DNA of 63,378 nt, the filler included, from Octopus bimaculoides (Eukaryota), in the NCBI RefSeq assembly GCF_001194135.2. It is 7 parts of 6 records of this genome, joined end to end, with 100 filler letters (N's around TTAATTAATTAA, not from the genome) between each part and the next. Parts side by side here need not be neighbours in the genome. Positions count along the whole stretch, not along the records: positions 46,801 to 61,261 come from NC_068982.1; positions 61,362 to 63,378 come from NW_026396771.1; 5 more parts are not named here. One strand, 5' to 3'. Position numbers and translations under genes: made by a program. This document shows positions 49,012 through 61,699 of the stretch, piece by piece (the stretch's first letter is position 1; each line of letters begins with the position of its first letter). The notes beneath the pieces were generated by a model, which saw only the letters and a program-made list of their open reading frames with translations, was not told the DNA's origin and did not search any database.

Positions 49012-51419
49012 TGTATGTATGTATAATAGGTATTTGTGAACACATGTCAGGTTAGGGTTGTTTCAGATATTACAAGATGAATACCCATGAAACTTATTAT
49101 ATACTGTCTGATACAGAAGATTTCTATAAAATTTATTTCGTTTTAGACATTACAAAATGTCTGAACTAAATTCGATATGTTTCGTCAGCTCTTACTAATA
49201 TACTTCTATAGCCTTTTCAAACTATCTTTTCAGTCTCGTTGCCCAGTTGTTAAATTCGTTCAATAAATAAATATATTTCCATATCTGCATCAAATCACGT
49301 TATTGATTCGTCAACGTTCATTTTCTTTCAGTATTTAAAATAAAATAATTCTGTAACATTTTCTCTTAACCATCATTGTTCATATGCAGCTTTCAGCTCG
49401 AATGCAACTCAGAATTTATTCTTGTATTAATGTCTTCCCCGCTCTTTCTTTCAGTCCATTTTTCTTTCTTTCGCTACATCTATTTCTCTCTCTCCTTCTT
49501 TCTTTCTCCTTCCCTCTCTCTTCCTCTTTTTACATACACACGCATTGCTATTTCTAGTAGAACATGTTACCGCTTTCTGTATTGAATGCTACTTTTTAAG
49601 CAATATAAGTACAAGTATGCATACGCCTGTATAAATGTGCACGTACAATTGAAAATATAGCTGTTTGATCTTCCATTTTCATACATCTTAATTACCTTCC
49701 AAGGTTTCATAATAGTTTTCAATGTTTTCCTACAGAGATATTTATTGAAAATCATTTCATGTTTTAAATTTATATATATATATTTACCATTGCAGTGTGT
49801 TATTGTTTATTGGATTATGCGAAAAATCTGAATATTTTTTACTGGTTATTTATATTTCACGTTATTCTATTTAAATACATTTTATCAATAAAGTGTTTAC
49901 ATAGGAAACTATATGGTAGTAGGTGGACTCTATGTGAACTACGGTCTATGTTCATTCATGGGTTTCGTCATGGAACAAACCCAGTTGGCGACTTACTGTC
50001 TGAAGTGAGACAAACTAAAACCTAAAATGTCGAGTTAATATAAAAGAAAAAAAAATGAGTGTTTATCGGTATCTTGTGTCAGGAAATTCTTTTAAAACAT
50101 AACCAATCCGCAGCGTTATGATTAAAACTAATAAATTATTTTTTCTAATATTAACTTGCTTCGCTTAAGTAATTTTACTATCGTCTGAAGCGATTACAAA
50201 AATTATTAAGAGACTATGTAATGTGGTTAATATAAAACTAAATACACACTTTATATCTTTCTATTCCAGTCAAGTAAGAAAACAATTGCTTTACCAGTTA
50301 AAAATATCACAAAATTTGACTGAAAACAGCTAAAAAAAAATACATACAAACGAAATGATTCAGCTGGTTTTCATCATCATCATCATCATCACTCATTCTA
50401 CTACTACTACTATTGCTGCTGTTGCTGCTGTTGCTGCTGTTGCTGCCGCTTCCGCTGCTGCCGTAGCTTGTTTGATAATTTGAAGTTTTTAATTTGAATC
50501 CCAGAATTGGAAAATTTTCGTTAGAATTTCTAAATAATAATCAAAAAGGAGAATAATTCCCATGAAATATACAATTCGCCTTGTGTAAAACGTTTGCTGA
50601 ATAACCAAATAAGGGAATCAGTAAATATTTTTTTAACATTTGCTCTCCATCTAAGAATAATAAGGCTGGCTAGAATAATAAGGTTGCTGAGATTCCCACT
50701 GAATTTTGCCGCAGTACTTTTGTCTACAACTAAAAGTATTTGATGTCAAACAGATTTCTGATGTAAAGTAGACAGATGAAAACAGTCCCTTCGATTATCT
50801 GAGATAATCCACATAGCTAGAAGGTAAGAACTTCCCCCAGAGATGTTTAAAAATCTAAAAACAACATGCGAGCGGCTTATCTACAATAGGCCCAATCAAC
50901 TGAATTTTTTGAAATATGAATAATTTAATGGGAATAGATCGTGTCTTTAAAGCCAAATGGTGAAAGCAACCGGCATGTTTCTGTCATATTAGACCTCTTC
51001 GACGAATTATATTCTACTTAGTGAGGCTAAGAGTTGCAATAATAGAGATATAGAAGGATTGTAGTGATGCTGATTATACTCGCCAACGAAAATTAAGATT
51101 TCCTGCCGCCTTAAAGTTTAAACTTAATCTAGAGTACACTTGTGATGTTGATTCCAAATATACCACATCATGTCCGACTTTTGGTGATATAATATACCTC
51201 GTTATATGCAGATGTATCCAATCGTGCACTGAAATTTTCACCTTACATTTTGGTACCTTAAAAGTTAAATCTACCCTCAAGTATATTTGGGATACTGGTT
51301 CTAAAACTGACCACAGATTTTTTCATTTAACTACAATTAATTAATGATCTACTCTTTTGATTTTAAAAGAGAATGACTCTCTCCAGACACAACAAAAATG
51401 TTTTTATTATATTACATGA

Positions 51420-51640
51420 TAAGGTGGCAAGCTGGTAGAAACGTTAGCACGCCAGAAAAATGCTTAGCGGCATTCGTCCGTCTTTACGTTCTGAGTTCAA
51501 ATTCCACTGAGGTCGAATTTGCCTTTTATCCTTTCAGGGCGATGAAATAAGCACCAGTTACTCACTGGAGTCGATTTAATCGACTAGCCCTCTTCCACAA
51601 AATTTCAGGCCATCTGCCTATAGTAGAAAGGATTATTATA
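51420..51640 (+). mobile_element. SINE family B
   Basis: Full head, core and tail. Confidence 0.7.
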
Positions 51641-52214
51641 TTACATGCTATTAAAACAATCACATACTATTGAATTACTATTTATTTCAGCATAGAAGCT
51701 TACATAACACTGCAAAATAATCATCAGTAACTAACTAAAAAATAAACATATAAAGTGATCGGTCATTCAACATGTAAAAAGCCTGTTTTAAAAAACTTTC
51801 GAGAGTGAGATTTGCCTGAACAGTCCCACTGAATCGTCCCAGAATATGTTGCCACCTCTCTTTCAAGGTTTTTATACCCCGGTGAAATTCTTCTTTTTGC
51901 TCTGTACTTAAATGTGGAAAACTAAGTTACTGTACGGGTAGTGTAGCTTGACATTTATGCTTCAGCCATGCTTTTATGAAAACTAGAAATCATAACCTCT
52001 ACCATTTAGACTGGTCGTTCACCTTTTAGTTAGCAAGGAAGATTCTCACATGATAAACAGAACAAACATAGGCCATGCACAGGATGTTGTCTTTTGAATG
52101 AAGAAAAACTTGGACACTTTTCATTTCAAGAACATGTCATCGCACCTCAGCATACCTAAATATGAGCATCACGCAACATGAGCCTCCATATTCGATCTAA
52201 ATATTGCTTTAAAA

Positions 52215-52415
52215 TTTTGGCACAAGGCCAGAAAGTTCAGGGGAGGGGATAAGTCGATTACACCGACCCCAGTGCTCAACTGGTACTTATTTCACCCACC
52301 CCAATTGAATGAAAGGCAAAGTCGATCCTGGCGACATTTGAACCCAGACCTAAAGACTGACGAAATGTCACTAAGCATTTTGCCCGGCGTGCTAACGATT
52401 CTGCCAGCTCGCTGC
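52215..52415 (-). mobile_element. SINE family B
   Basis: Full head, core and tail on the minus strand. Confidence 0.7.
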
Positions 52416-52429
52416 GTTGGTCGGTCTAA

Positions 52430-53010
52430 ATATTAAGCCACACTGTTACCAAAAATATTTTCATACAGAAGTGCATCGTTCACACAGCTTGTACTGCGTC
52501 CCAATGACTGACCATTGTCTTCAGAACCACAAAATATTTCAACTCGTCGCAGGAACTACCGTCACTACAAAATTTCAAAGAAGGCAAACAACTGAATATT
52601 ACTATCACAGCTGGATCGATGTTGCTGGTACACACACAAACATCCTCGATCACATCTAGGGGAATGCAACTCGGTTGATTGGCAAACAATCTCTCATAGA
52701 CGAGTTCCAGTCTTTGATTCATAAGCATGTTGTCAACTCTTTTCTTTTCTACTGATACTATTATAGCCTCTGTTCCTCAAGAGATATACTATAATAGCCT
52801 CAGTTCCTCCGTTGCCTGATCTTGTAAATCTGTCACCCAGACACTTTTGACCCACTTGTCTCTCTTCTCGTCACTGCCATTAAGTCCAAATTCTCACATC
52901 GTACACTGATCCCCTGTGCCAGGCTCTCTTTTCCAGAACGTCAGTCCTCTGGGATCTCCTTTCTGTTCTTTTTCTTTGAAGATCTCACCTTGCGGCGACA
53001 TCACATTCAT
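52430..53010 (+). mobile_element. Non-LTR retrotransposon C-terminal fragment
   Basis: EYYYHSWIDVAGTHTNILDHI*GNATRLIGKQSLIDEFQSLIHKHVVNSFLFY*YYYSLCS, then SFPRTSVLWD-like sequence. Resembles LINE C-termini (YCSHIW..LDRIQ.RA.RLIG..L.HRR.V.SL..FYRYY). Confidence 0.6.
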
Positions 53011-53703
53011 GACATCAATATTCCAAGACCAAAAAAAGTAAAAATGGAGATAGCATTACTAAATTTCCTGTTTCGATACGAATCAATCATTCTTAATCTT
53101 GCCAGATGAATTATATGTCCTCCACTGGGGCGGTATAATATTGCCGTTTCTCTCACTAGTTGGGTTTCAAGACAGGAATCACTCTATTTAATGTGCAATG
53201 TCCACATTATATATAAGTTTCAAACAAACGTGGTGTTTTTTTTTAGTTTAGATGGAGGGATTTTTATCTTCTAATTTCTTAGATATTCTCAATTAACCGA
53301 AGATTTTCGACTTACACTAAATACTAGTGGAACATAAAGAATTGCCTTGGAAACAGAAGATTCGTGGGCAGATTTCTTGAAAAACGATCGTGGTAAATTT
53401 TGCGTGAATGTCTTATTTGACACAGCGTTTATATCCTTCGTAATGAAGAAACAATGGTTCAAAAATCTCTGACAAACAATTCTCAGTGAAGTGTTTTATG
53501 AAAAACAACGTTGTTACATTTCCACCGCGAGCACTGAGATCAAGATTGTTCTGGCTTCCAGCACCCAACATTTTCTTCCAAATTGCAGTTCTGCTATTTT
53601 CAAATTTGATCTTGGGATTTATTGATGGACACTTAAAAGCTTAGACGAATGAAAATTTCATGTCTTGGACAGCAATGGAATATCAGAGAATGGGTTATAC
53701 GGT

Positions 53704-54670
53704 GGTGAGAAACCTTTACATAGTAAATTGTTTATTAACAACAATCATTACACAGACACGTAAAATACAAAATAGGCAAAAACCCTGCCACTGGAAAATA
53801 CCTTATCTGATGACAGTATTTTAAGAAAGCTCAAAGGAATATGCACTTAAGAAAAACTGCTTCACTGAGACATGACGAAATTTGTCATCCACAAACGCAT
53901 TCATACGAAGAAAAATATTCCAAAATATGTTTTAAAACGTTTATCGGCAACAGTACAGTAATACCTCACTTAACAAGGAACCGCTGTACGTGACACCAGG
54001 TTTACGAGTTTTATTTCATAATAACTTTTCAAGCACAAGATTCTACTACCATAACAGATACCTCTGCGTGTTACCGAGAAATTTATAGAGCGAAAAAAAG
54101 CTTCTTCTAAGCAAACAGCTCTAGACTTGTTTTTTAAAAAGAAATTTACAAGTCCGTCTACGAGTGCTTGTGAATCGGCGATCGCGTCTACAAGTGATGG
54201 CGTGTGCGAGTCTAGTGCGAGTGAAAGTGATTCAGAAAACGATTATAATAATAATATTTTTTTATTTTAAATGATCTTGGCATTCTTTTTACTTCACATA
54301 ACACATTCTTTACATTCTACTGTTGTTTTATTGTCATATACTTACGAGTGTTATAAATTTTATAGGTAAATTATTATTTGGGGAACGAATTTAGATTTAT
54401 AACATTGCTACTATGGGAAATTATTGCTCTGCTTTTCGAGTTTTCGCTTTACGAGTACTCTCCGAGAACAAATTAACTTGTATATCGAGGAGTTACTGTA
54501 ATTTAACAACTCTCAACGAAGAAAAACATTGCCACTGTGAAAAATGTGGGAAACTTTTCATTTCTCATTGAAATTTTATTATTCACAAACGCCGCGAAAC
54601 TAGAAGAAAACATAAACTGCAAATTATGCTAGAAATCATTTATGATAACCAGCATTTAACAGCATGCTAC
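53704..54670 (+). pseudogene. Fossil tandem C2H2 zinc-finger array, interrupted by a Tigger MITE
   Basis: Fragments include GEKP at 53704, FVIHKRIHT, ICFKTFIGNS|NLTT (rejoined across the insertion), EEKHCHCEKCGKLFISH*NFIIHKR and CKLC*KSF. It has stops and frameshifts. Confidence 0.7.
53956..54498 (+). mobile_element. Tigger/pogo-like non-autonomous DNA transposon
   Basis: TIRs CAGTAATACCTCACTTAACAAG and (reverse complement) CAGTAACTCCTCGATATACAAG, with TA duplication at 53954-55 and 54499-500. Internal remnant CYREIYRAKKASSKQTALDLFFKK resembles a Tigger transposase C-terminus. Confidence 0.8.
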
Positions 54671-54918
54671 AAAACTTTCTAGCCGTTAATTACATAGATA
54701 ATCCTAATATTTATTTAAAAAATTACAAATATTTAATTACAGAAAATGTATAAGCTTACTGTATAAATATTTACCATGCAAGCTGCCAACGTAAGGTATT
54801 ATCGCCAGTTTTATCGTTAAAGTTCATAAAGTACGGCACTACATTTTATATATTGAATCTTCTTAAACTTACCAACTGAATATTATATGCTTCGTAAAAA
54901 AAATAAAATGTACTATGT

Positions 54919-54951
<33 letters not shown>

Positions 54952-54953
54952 AA

Positions 54954-55247
54954 GACCCCCTTCGGTCATGAATGACCATGGGATGCACCGAGAAACGTAC
55001 TCTCCGAGGCACAAGTCTGGGCAAAGTTGTTTATGAAGACCCAGCAGTTACCGATGCATACAAGCCTGCCCTCTCCACTCCACTGATGTTATCCAAGGGA
55101 AACGCAAAGTCCAATACAGTTTGGCACCAGTGATATCGCAACTAATTTCTACAGCTCAAGGACACAACACAGAGCCCGGTCCGATAATCGAACTCACTAC
55201 CTTATGAATGTGAGCCCAACGCTCTAAACACCGAGCTGTGCGCCTTC
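54954..55247 (-). mobile_element. SINE family D
   Basis: gacccccttcggtcatga.tgaccatggga...aatcgaactcac...gcgccttc; the head has a B-box-like gttcgatt. Confidence 0.7.
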
Positions 55248-55434
55248 ACACATACACACACATGCACACACACATACACACACATGTATATATGTATGTA
55301 TTTATGCATGTGAATGTGGGGTTCTTTACAGACATATCCTGTATGTGTGGGTGTATCTGTCAATATACGCGTATATTTTTGTGTACAGTTTTCTCGTGCA
55401 GGTTCGGGTAAATGCTTGAGTGAGAGCTTGCATG

Positions 55435-55516
<82 letters not shown>

Positions 55517-56010
55517 TCTCCGTTACTCTCTCACCCTCCTCTCTTCTTTTTCTGTCTCTCCCTCCCCATCTCTCCCTCTCTCTCTCTGTGCTTATGAGAT
55601 TATGTATATGTATGAGAACCACAACACAGATAGCATCTTTCCACTATAACCAATATTTATTTTATCTTCCCTTTCTTTCCTCCTAAGTTAAGGTCACAAT
55701 AGCAACTTAGATTAAATTTCTGTTTTTCTTTTTCATAATATTATTTTAGATGGTTATTCTTATAATGTTCATATTCTTTTAATATATTTACTTACTGCTT
55801 AAATTATTTGGGAAAAATCATTGAAAGATTTAATTAAATGCTATTCTAAAGTATATATAAACACCGACAGTTCGTGCACGTGCGTGAATACATACATACA
55901 TACGCACACATGCATGACTGCACAGACAGACACGTGTATATGTATATTCATATGTATATGTGTAAGTATGTAGATGCACATACATATATGCATGTATATA
56001 TATATACGCG

Positions 56011-56041
<31 letters not shown>

Positions 56042-56389
56042 NNNNNNNNNNTATATATATATATATATATATATTCACATGCACACAAACATAGTACACA
56101 CACATGTATGTATGTATGTATGTGCGTGAATGTGTACTTGTGTTGCTATGTGAGTGCATGTGAGTGCATGTGAGTGCATGTGTCATTGTTTTCCCTACAC
56201 CTCTTGACAAAAAAGGCACCGCTAGAATAAGTACCAGATATAAAGAGATTAAGTACTGTCATATATAGTCATAAAGTCAGGAGGTTTAAGAGTTGAATAT
56301 ATATTTATCTATTTAATCTAGTGACTTCAATGGGATTACGGCCGTTTCACAACCTTCTTTATGTAGCATTAATTTCAGTATACAAGAAA

Positions 56390-56608
56390 TAATCCTTTCT
56401 ACTATAGGCACATGGCCCGAAATGTTGGGGAAATGGGCAAGTCGATTACATCGACCCCAGTACACAACTTGTACTTTCTTTATCAACCTCGAAAGGATGA
56501 AAGGCAAAGTCAACCTCGGCGGAATTTGAACTCAGAGCGTAAAGATAGATGAAATGTTGCTAAGTATTTTACACAACGTACTAACGATTCTGCCAGCCAG
56601 CCGCCTTA
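56390..56608 (-). mobile_element. SINE family B
   Basis: Full head, core and tail on the minus strand. Confidence 0.7.
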
Positions 56609-56753
56609 CAAATTGAATAAAAAGAATGAGGCATGCAAATAATTTTACTACATTAGTCTACAATTGTTTCATCGTAGATCAAACGCCAGATCATATACTC
56701 CAATGAAATTGTGTATGTGAGTGTGTGTCTGTATGTGTGTGTGTGTGTGTGTC

Positions 56754-56787
<34 letters not shown>

Positions 56788-57415
56788 TAAAGGTATGTGT
56801 GTGCGTGTCTCTGAGTGTGTGCGTGTGTGTGTGTATGAGTGTTAGAGTAAAAACAAAACATAATTGGAAAGAAGAAACTGTATACACGAGAGCATGCTCT
56901 TACGCGTATACTAATTAGACGCTCATTAATATAAACACATGAAGCCTCGGTATTCCCATATGCGGCACCAGCATCGCCACTACATCGGCAATAATATGCA
57001 GGTTATGTTAATTTACGCCTAAAGTCACCTAGACGGAAATAGCAAGAACAACCCAAATGCCTACTCAGATGACAATATAAAAGTGCGCTAGTATAGCTAC
57101 AAGTCATTAGTTGTGTGCATGTGTGTGTGTGTGTATGTGTTTACGTGTGTATGTGTGTGCATGCGTGCACGCGTGTATGTATGCATGTATGCAGGTATAA
57201 GAAAGACAAAGAAAGGTGTACTAAATACTGTACAAGTTAAATTCTTGCTTTACTGAAACCATCGTTGTGTCGACAATTACATTTGAATCTGGATGTGACG
57301 GAGAGATAATCTCAAACAATCGACAATTATCCGGAATTAACAAGCACTTGTGTGTGTGCGTGNNNNNNNNNNNNNNNNNNNNNNNNNNNNNNNNNNNNNN
57401 NNNNNNNNNNNNNNN

Positions 57416-57451
<36 letters not shown>

Positions 57452-57489
57452 TGCGTGCGTGCGTGCGTGTCAAAATGCAGGATCTGCCA

Positions 57490-59560
57490 AAATCTTTTTA
57501 TCATCACCCTTCAGATACAGTAAAAGGAAAAACTGAACCTAAAAAGGAAATCTAATTTTATGAAATTCAATTGGCAAAACAGTTAGCTTCAGATATATTC
57601 CGAGAATGAGACAGCATTCACTAGCAAGTTTTGCCGACGTGATTTTAATATCCTGGATATGAGCCAGGATGCTCTTGACGGTGAGTTTTAGCCATTGCAA
57701 AGTTTTCGGGTACCTATCTTACACAATAACATAATTGATGCTCCAAGTTAAAGCAACCGCTTATGCGGAGAGACACCTGCGAAAAGATTCTAGGCTGTTA
57801 AGAAATTCGTTTGGATAATCTACAACTTAGTCTTGCTGATCGACTGCGCCTATTGACTCAAAGTATGCTTTCTTGCGGAGCAGCATGTCCAGCAGCTTCT
57901 GTTGATTTTTCACATAACGACATTTTTGGTGTTAGGCTTTCCCGTCCGCAGAGACATTTGGTATTACATATTCTGATGTGAATTTGAGGAAGAACTCTGG
58001 CAATCAGTTCCCGATTTGTTTCAACGTTATGGCCAATCGACAACTGAATTTGGTCCTGTTAGTGTCCCTTTCGAGAAGTCCGTTTCTTACTTTGAGAAGC
58101 TGGGTGGTACATTCACCAGTTGCATTATCATTAGTGAAACACCCTTGGATATTAGTGGTAAGGATTAGTCATTGAACATGAGGCCAGGGTTAAGTAGTTT
58201 TAAGGTGGGCATTTATTAGATCAACGTGAATTCATCGAGGAATTATTGGCTGAACTTTTGTCTGAAACTTCTAGCAAGAATGATAATAATTCCTCCTATT
58301 ATACAAATGTTCTCTTAACTATCGCATTGTTCGAAGACTTTAACTGTTCGTCTGTGTCCATGACTGCTTCATCCCAAATAAACAACTTGTATCTTTGAAG
58401 GCGGTTGATCTTGAATGAGTTCTTTTTGATATTGCACAAAGATTGTTCATGTTATGTGAAGTCTAGAAGTAGTTTAAAGATGGAGTTTGCAGTTCTTTCA
58501 CTCGTCAGAAATGATGATGTAATGCCACTTGAAACTACAGTAAGGGCAATATACTACATTTGTTGTATTTTGTCAATAAAATATTCGTAAGGAATGCTTT
58601 ACTTGTGCTACCAGAGTTCTCATTTACCACTTTTCTTTGCTTTTCGTGGTGTCATCGAAGGTATTCACTCCCTAGGCTTCAATGCTGTAGTTTGTCTTCT
58701 GTAATATTTAGTGTACTACTTCCATTTCGTCATCTGCTGAATCAATAGTTAGTCAATATATTATTGAGTGCTTCAGCTTGATGGGACAGGTTTTATAGAA
58801 CTTGATTGTGGGAGTAGGAGCAACATTCAACGCATACAACGTTATTCTGTATTCTGATTTGACTCAAAATTTTTGGGACGTACAGGTTTTGTACTCATAC
58901 CCTAGTAGATCAAGGTTGTTAATTCCGCATACTCTGAACATAATAGCAAACAGCTATATATCTGACTTGCCATGTGAGTGACAGCTGCTTCTAGACACTG
59001 ACAGAAACTATTTCTTATGTCCTTTGTCATGAAGACGATATGATTCTAGCTATGTTGTGCACATCCTCCCCGCAAAAGGAGTTGAAATCATGAAGTGCCG
59101 TATGATTTGAACAGCGTAGAGAAGTAGCTGCAATTACAAACACTCCCTATTGTTGGAGTGAACAGTGTAAACATACCTTATAGTATGCCTTGCCCAGGCA
59201 TTTTCGCGTCATCTGTTGAATGACCCTGTTCCGTTCAATTCCGTGTCTTCCAATTAGATCAGGAAAGTGACAAGTGTTTATCTCACTGGTCTCGGTGAAC
59301 GCAAGGACACATTGATATGGCTCCTTCCTCCAGGAAAAAAAAAACAAATAGAAATAGCGTAGATGCATCAGAAGAAGAAAGAAGACGTCAGAGGAAATAT
59401 ATGCGTCAGAGACAATGCTGACGGCTAAGGAACTAGAGAAAACGGTAAGTACAATGCCAAATTTGACATCATCGGAAGGCAATATCCGACTATGGATAAC
59501 GTCCAAGAGATAATTGTAAACGCTCTAGGCCATTTTGGAAAAAGGAAATTAAGTTCTAGA
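57490..59560 (-). mobile_element. Degraded Helitron Rep/PIF1-helicase remnant
   Basis: Frameshifted fragments occur in the correct order: YVYTVHSNNRECL*LQLLL; LFAIMFRVCG; SGSTSKAFLTNILL (Walker A region); IALTVVSSGI..RTANSIFKL; IWDEA (Walker B); IGGIIIILARSFRQ; LTTNI; LIARVLPQI..RESLTPK; GVSPHK..LGASIMLL..KLCNG; LPIEFHKIRFP. Confidence 0.85.
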
Positions 59561-60139
59561 CTTTTGCTACCAGAGACAACTGGTTTCATTATGACAGCGA
59601 ACTGGTGCCAAAGTTGTCACCTAATTACAAAATCATAAACCTACACGTCGGTTGACAAGAAATATTCATAAATATAAACATATAAATATTTCTCTAGATT
59701 ATATATATATATATATATATTAGTATTTCTCTTAGGCATTGCGATGCTCATAACCTGGTGTTAGAACTCAATAAGCATAAGCTTCAGACCGAATCATCGG
59801 GTGAGTACAAAGGTGAGTACAAAACAGTAATAAGAAATTGGGATGACAACCGAAATAAACAATTATGTTATGAACTTCATTAACTTACAGATGTTTCTGT
59901 AATAAGGTGCAATGCACTTATAGATGAGCGCTTGAGTGTTACCCTATAGCTTTATCGGAGCTTCAAACATGAAGTGCAATCTGTTTGGGAAAACATTAAC
60001 GATTATGTATATACATAAGAAAGCGTTACCAATGAAAATACATATACGAATGTAGGAAATGAATTTCAAGCGACTGAGTGGGAAGTCCCACCCAGAATTA
60101 GAATAAGATAAATTTTAAAAAGTATGTATGAAGAATCTC

Positions 60140-60229
60140 TATGATAAGATGTAAAGATAGTAAAGAGAACTATCAGGGTTTTTTTTTTTTTACTGATAGT
60201 TCTTTTTACCGTCTCTACATCTTATCATA
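60140..60229. repeat. Inverted repeat: 37-bp arms, 16-nt T-rich loop
   Basis: 60140-60176 versus the reverse complement of 60193-60229: 33 of 37 identical. Confidence 0.85.
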
Positions 60230-61069
60230 AAGCGGCACCCGAAAATGTTTGCTCTTGCGATTTGTTGATGGTCATAGCAAAACTAAGACTCACTGGAAAC
60301 TGAAGTCGTTAGAACTGAAATGGGATGTCGTCTCTTGAGCCTATGCGATGGAGGCTCTTGTGTGCTCGTCATCTAATTGACGGATAGAGAGAGGGGAAAT
60401 CTTTTCTGTTGGCCTGACAGATGAAAAATTTGTTTTTAATCCAGTGAAAATCTTCAAATTTAGTATATTGATGTAATTTATCACGCTGAATCCGATTTTG
60501 TGATTCATTTATTCCAGAAAAAAATTAAGTAAAATGTTAGAGATGCTTCAAGTTTGGTCATCTTTACCCAATTAGAAAAGATGATTTGGAAGCTAGTATT
60601 TTTTGTGTGATAGCTGTCTGTCACAAAATGAAAGCAAGCATTACAACAAAGAAGTTTAAACCAAATGAAAGCAATTACGTCATATCAAGAGAGACAGAGA
60701 GAGACAGAGAGAGACAGAGAGAGACAGAGACAGAGAGAGAGACAGAGAGAGAGACAGAGAGAGAGACAGAGGAGCAGCATGTGTGAGAGATATACATATA
60801 CAGAGGAAAGAGTGAGTGAAAGTAGCAAATATATATATAGAAAACGGAAAAGCGTGAGAGACAGATATGCAGATATGCAGATATGACAGATAACAGAAGA
60901 TTTAACAATCTACAAGACGAGTAATTTAACATAAAAATAATTTTATTTCATTTATTTACCGCAAACCTCCACTTAGGGACATAAGTTTCTAAGATCAAAT
61001 CCGTTTTTCTCGGGGACGCACCGTTTCAGACATACATACATACATACACTCTCATTTATATAGCATAAG

Positions 61070-61229
61070 CGCTGGCGTGGAAACGTAGTAAGGGGCTTGC
61101 TTCCTAACCACAGTTTAGGGTTCAGTCCCCAAACGTTGCACCTTGGGCAAGTGCCTTCTACTATAGCCTCGACCCGACCAAAGCCTTATGAGTGGATTTG
61201 GTAGATGGAAACTGAAAGCACGTCGTATA

Positions 61230-61261
<32 letters not shown>
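61070..61261 (+). mobile_element. SINE family C, 5' half (runs into a gap)
   Basis: gggttcagtccc...caccttgggcaagtgccttctactatagcctcg...gagtggatttggtagatggaaactgaaag. Confidence 0.7.
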
Positions 61262-61699
61262 NNNNNNNNNNNNNNNNNNNNNNNNNNNNNNNNNNNNNNN
61301 NNNNNTTAATTAATTAANNNNNNNNNNNNNNNNNNNNNNNNNNNNNNNNNNNNNNNNNNNNCTGAGATCTCAAAGGATTATTGTATATGTATATATAAAG
61401 GAGACCACTAATATATATATATATATGTATATATTTATACTCTAGTGTGTGTTTCCACATGAAATGATATGGATTTCTTCCTTTCTTATTTTTTTCCATA
61501 GTCTGAAAAGAATGTAAAACCCTCAAGCAAAGCCAAGTTAACACTACGCCAAACCTAAACCCCTTTGGCCAGCTTCCAATACGTAAAAATGTCGCATATA
61601 ATGCGATGTAATATAAGAGTCAAATGGCGTTATAGAAAGAGATAAAAATGTCTGCTTTTCCACGAACTGGTAAAGTTTGTCGTTGTTGGCGGCGGTGGT

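Noticed and set aside
53650-53720. Minus-strand SPPYNPF as an IS630/Tc1 motif
   Set aside because: The plus strand gives GEKP in line with downstream zinc-finger remnants, which is a better explanation.
6665-61317. Identical TTAATTAATTAA islands inside six N runs
   Set aside because: Each is exactly N44-12mer-N44 and gives stops in all six frames. This is a scaffolding linker, not biology.
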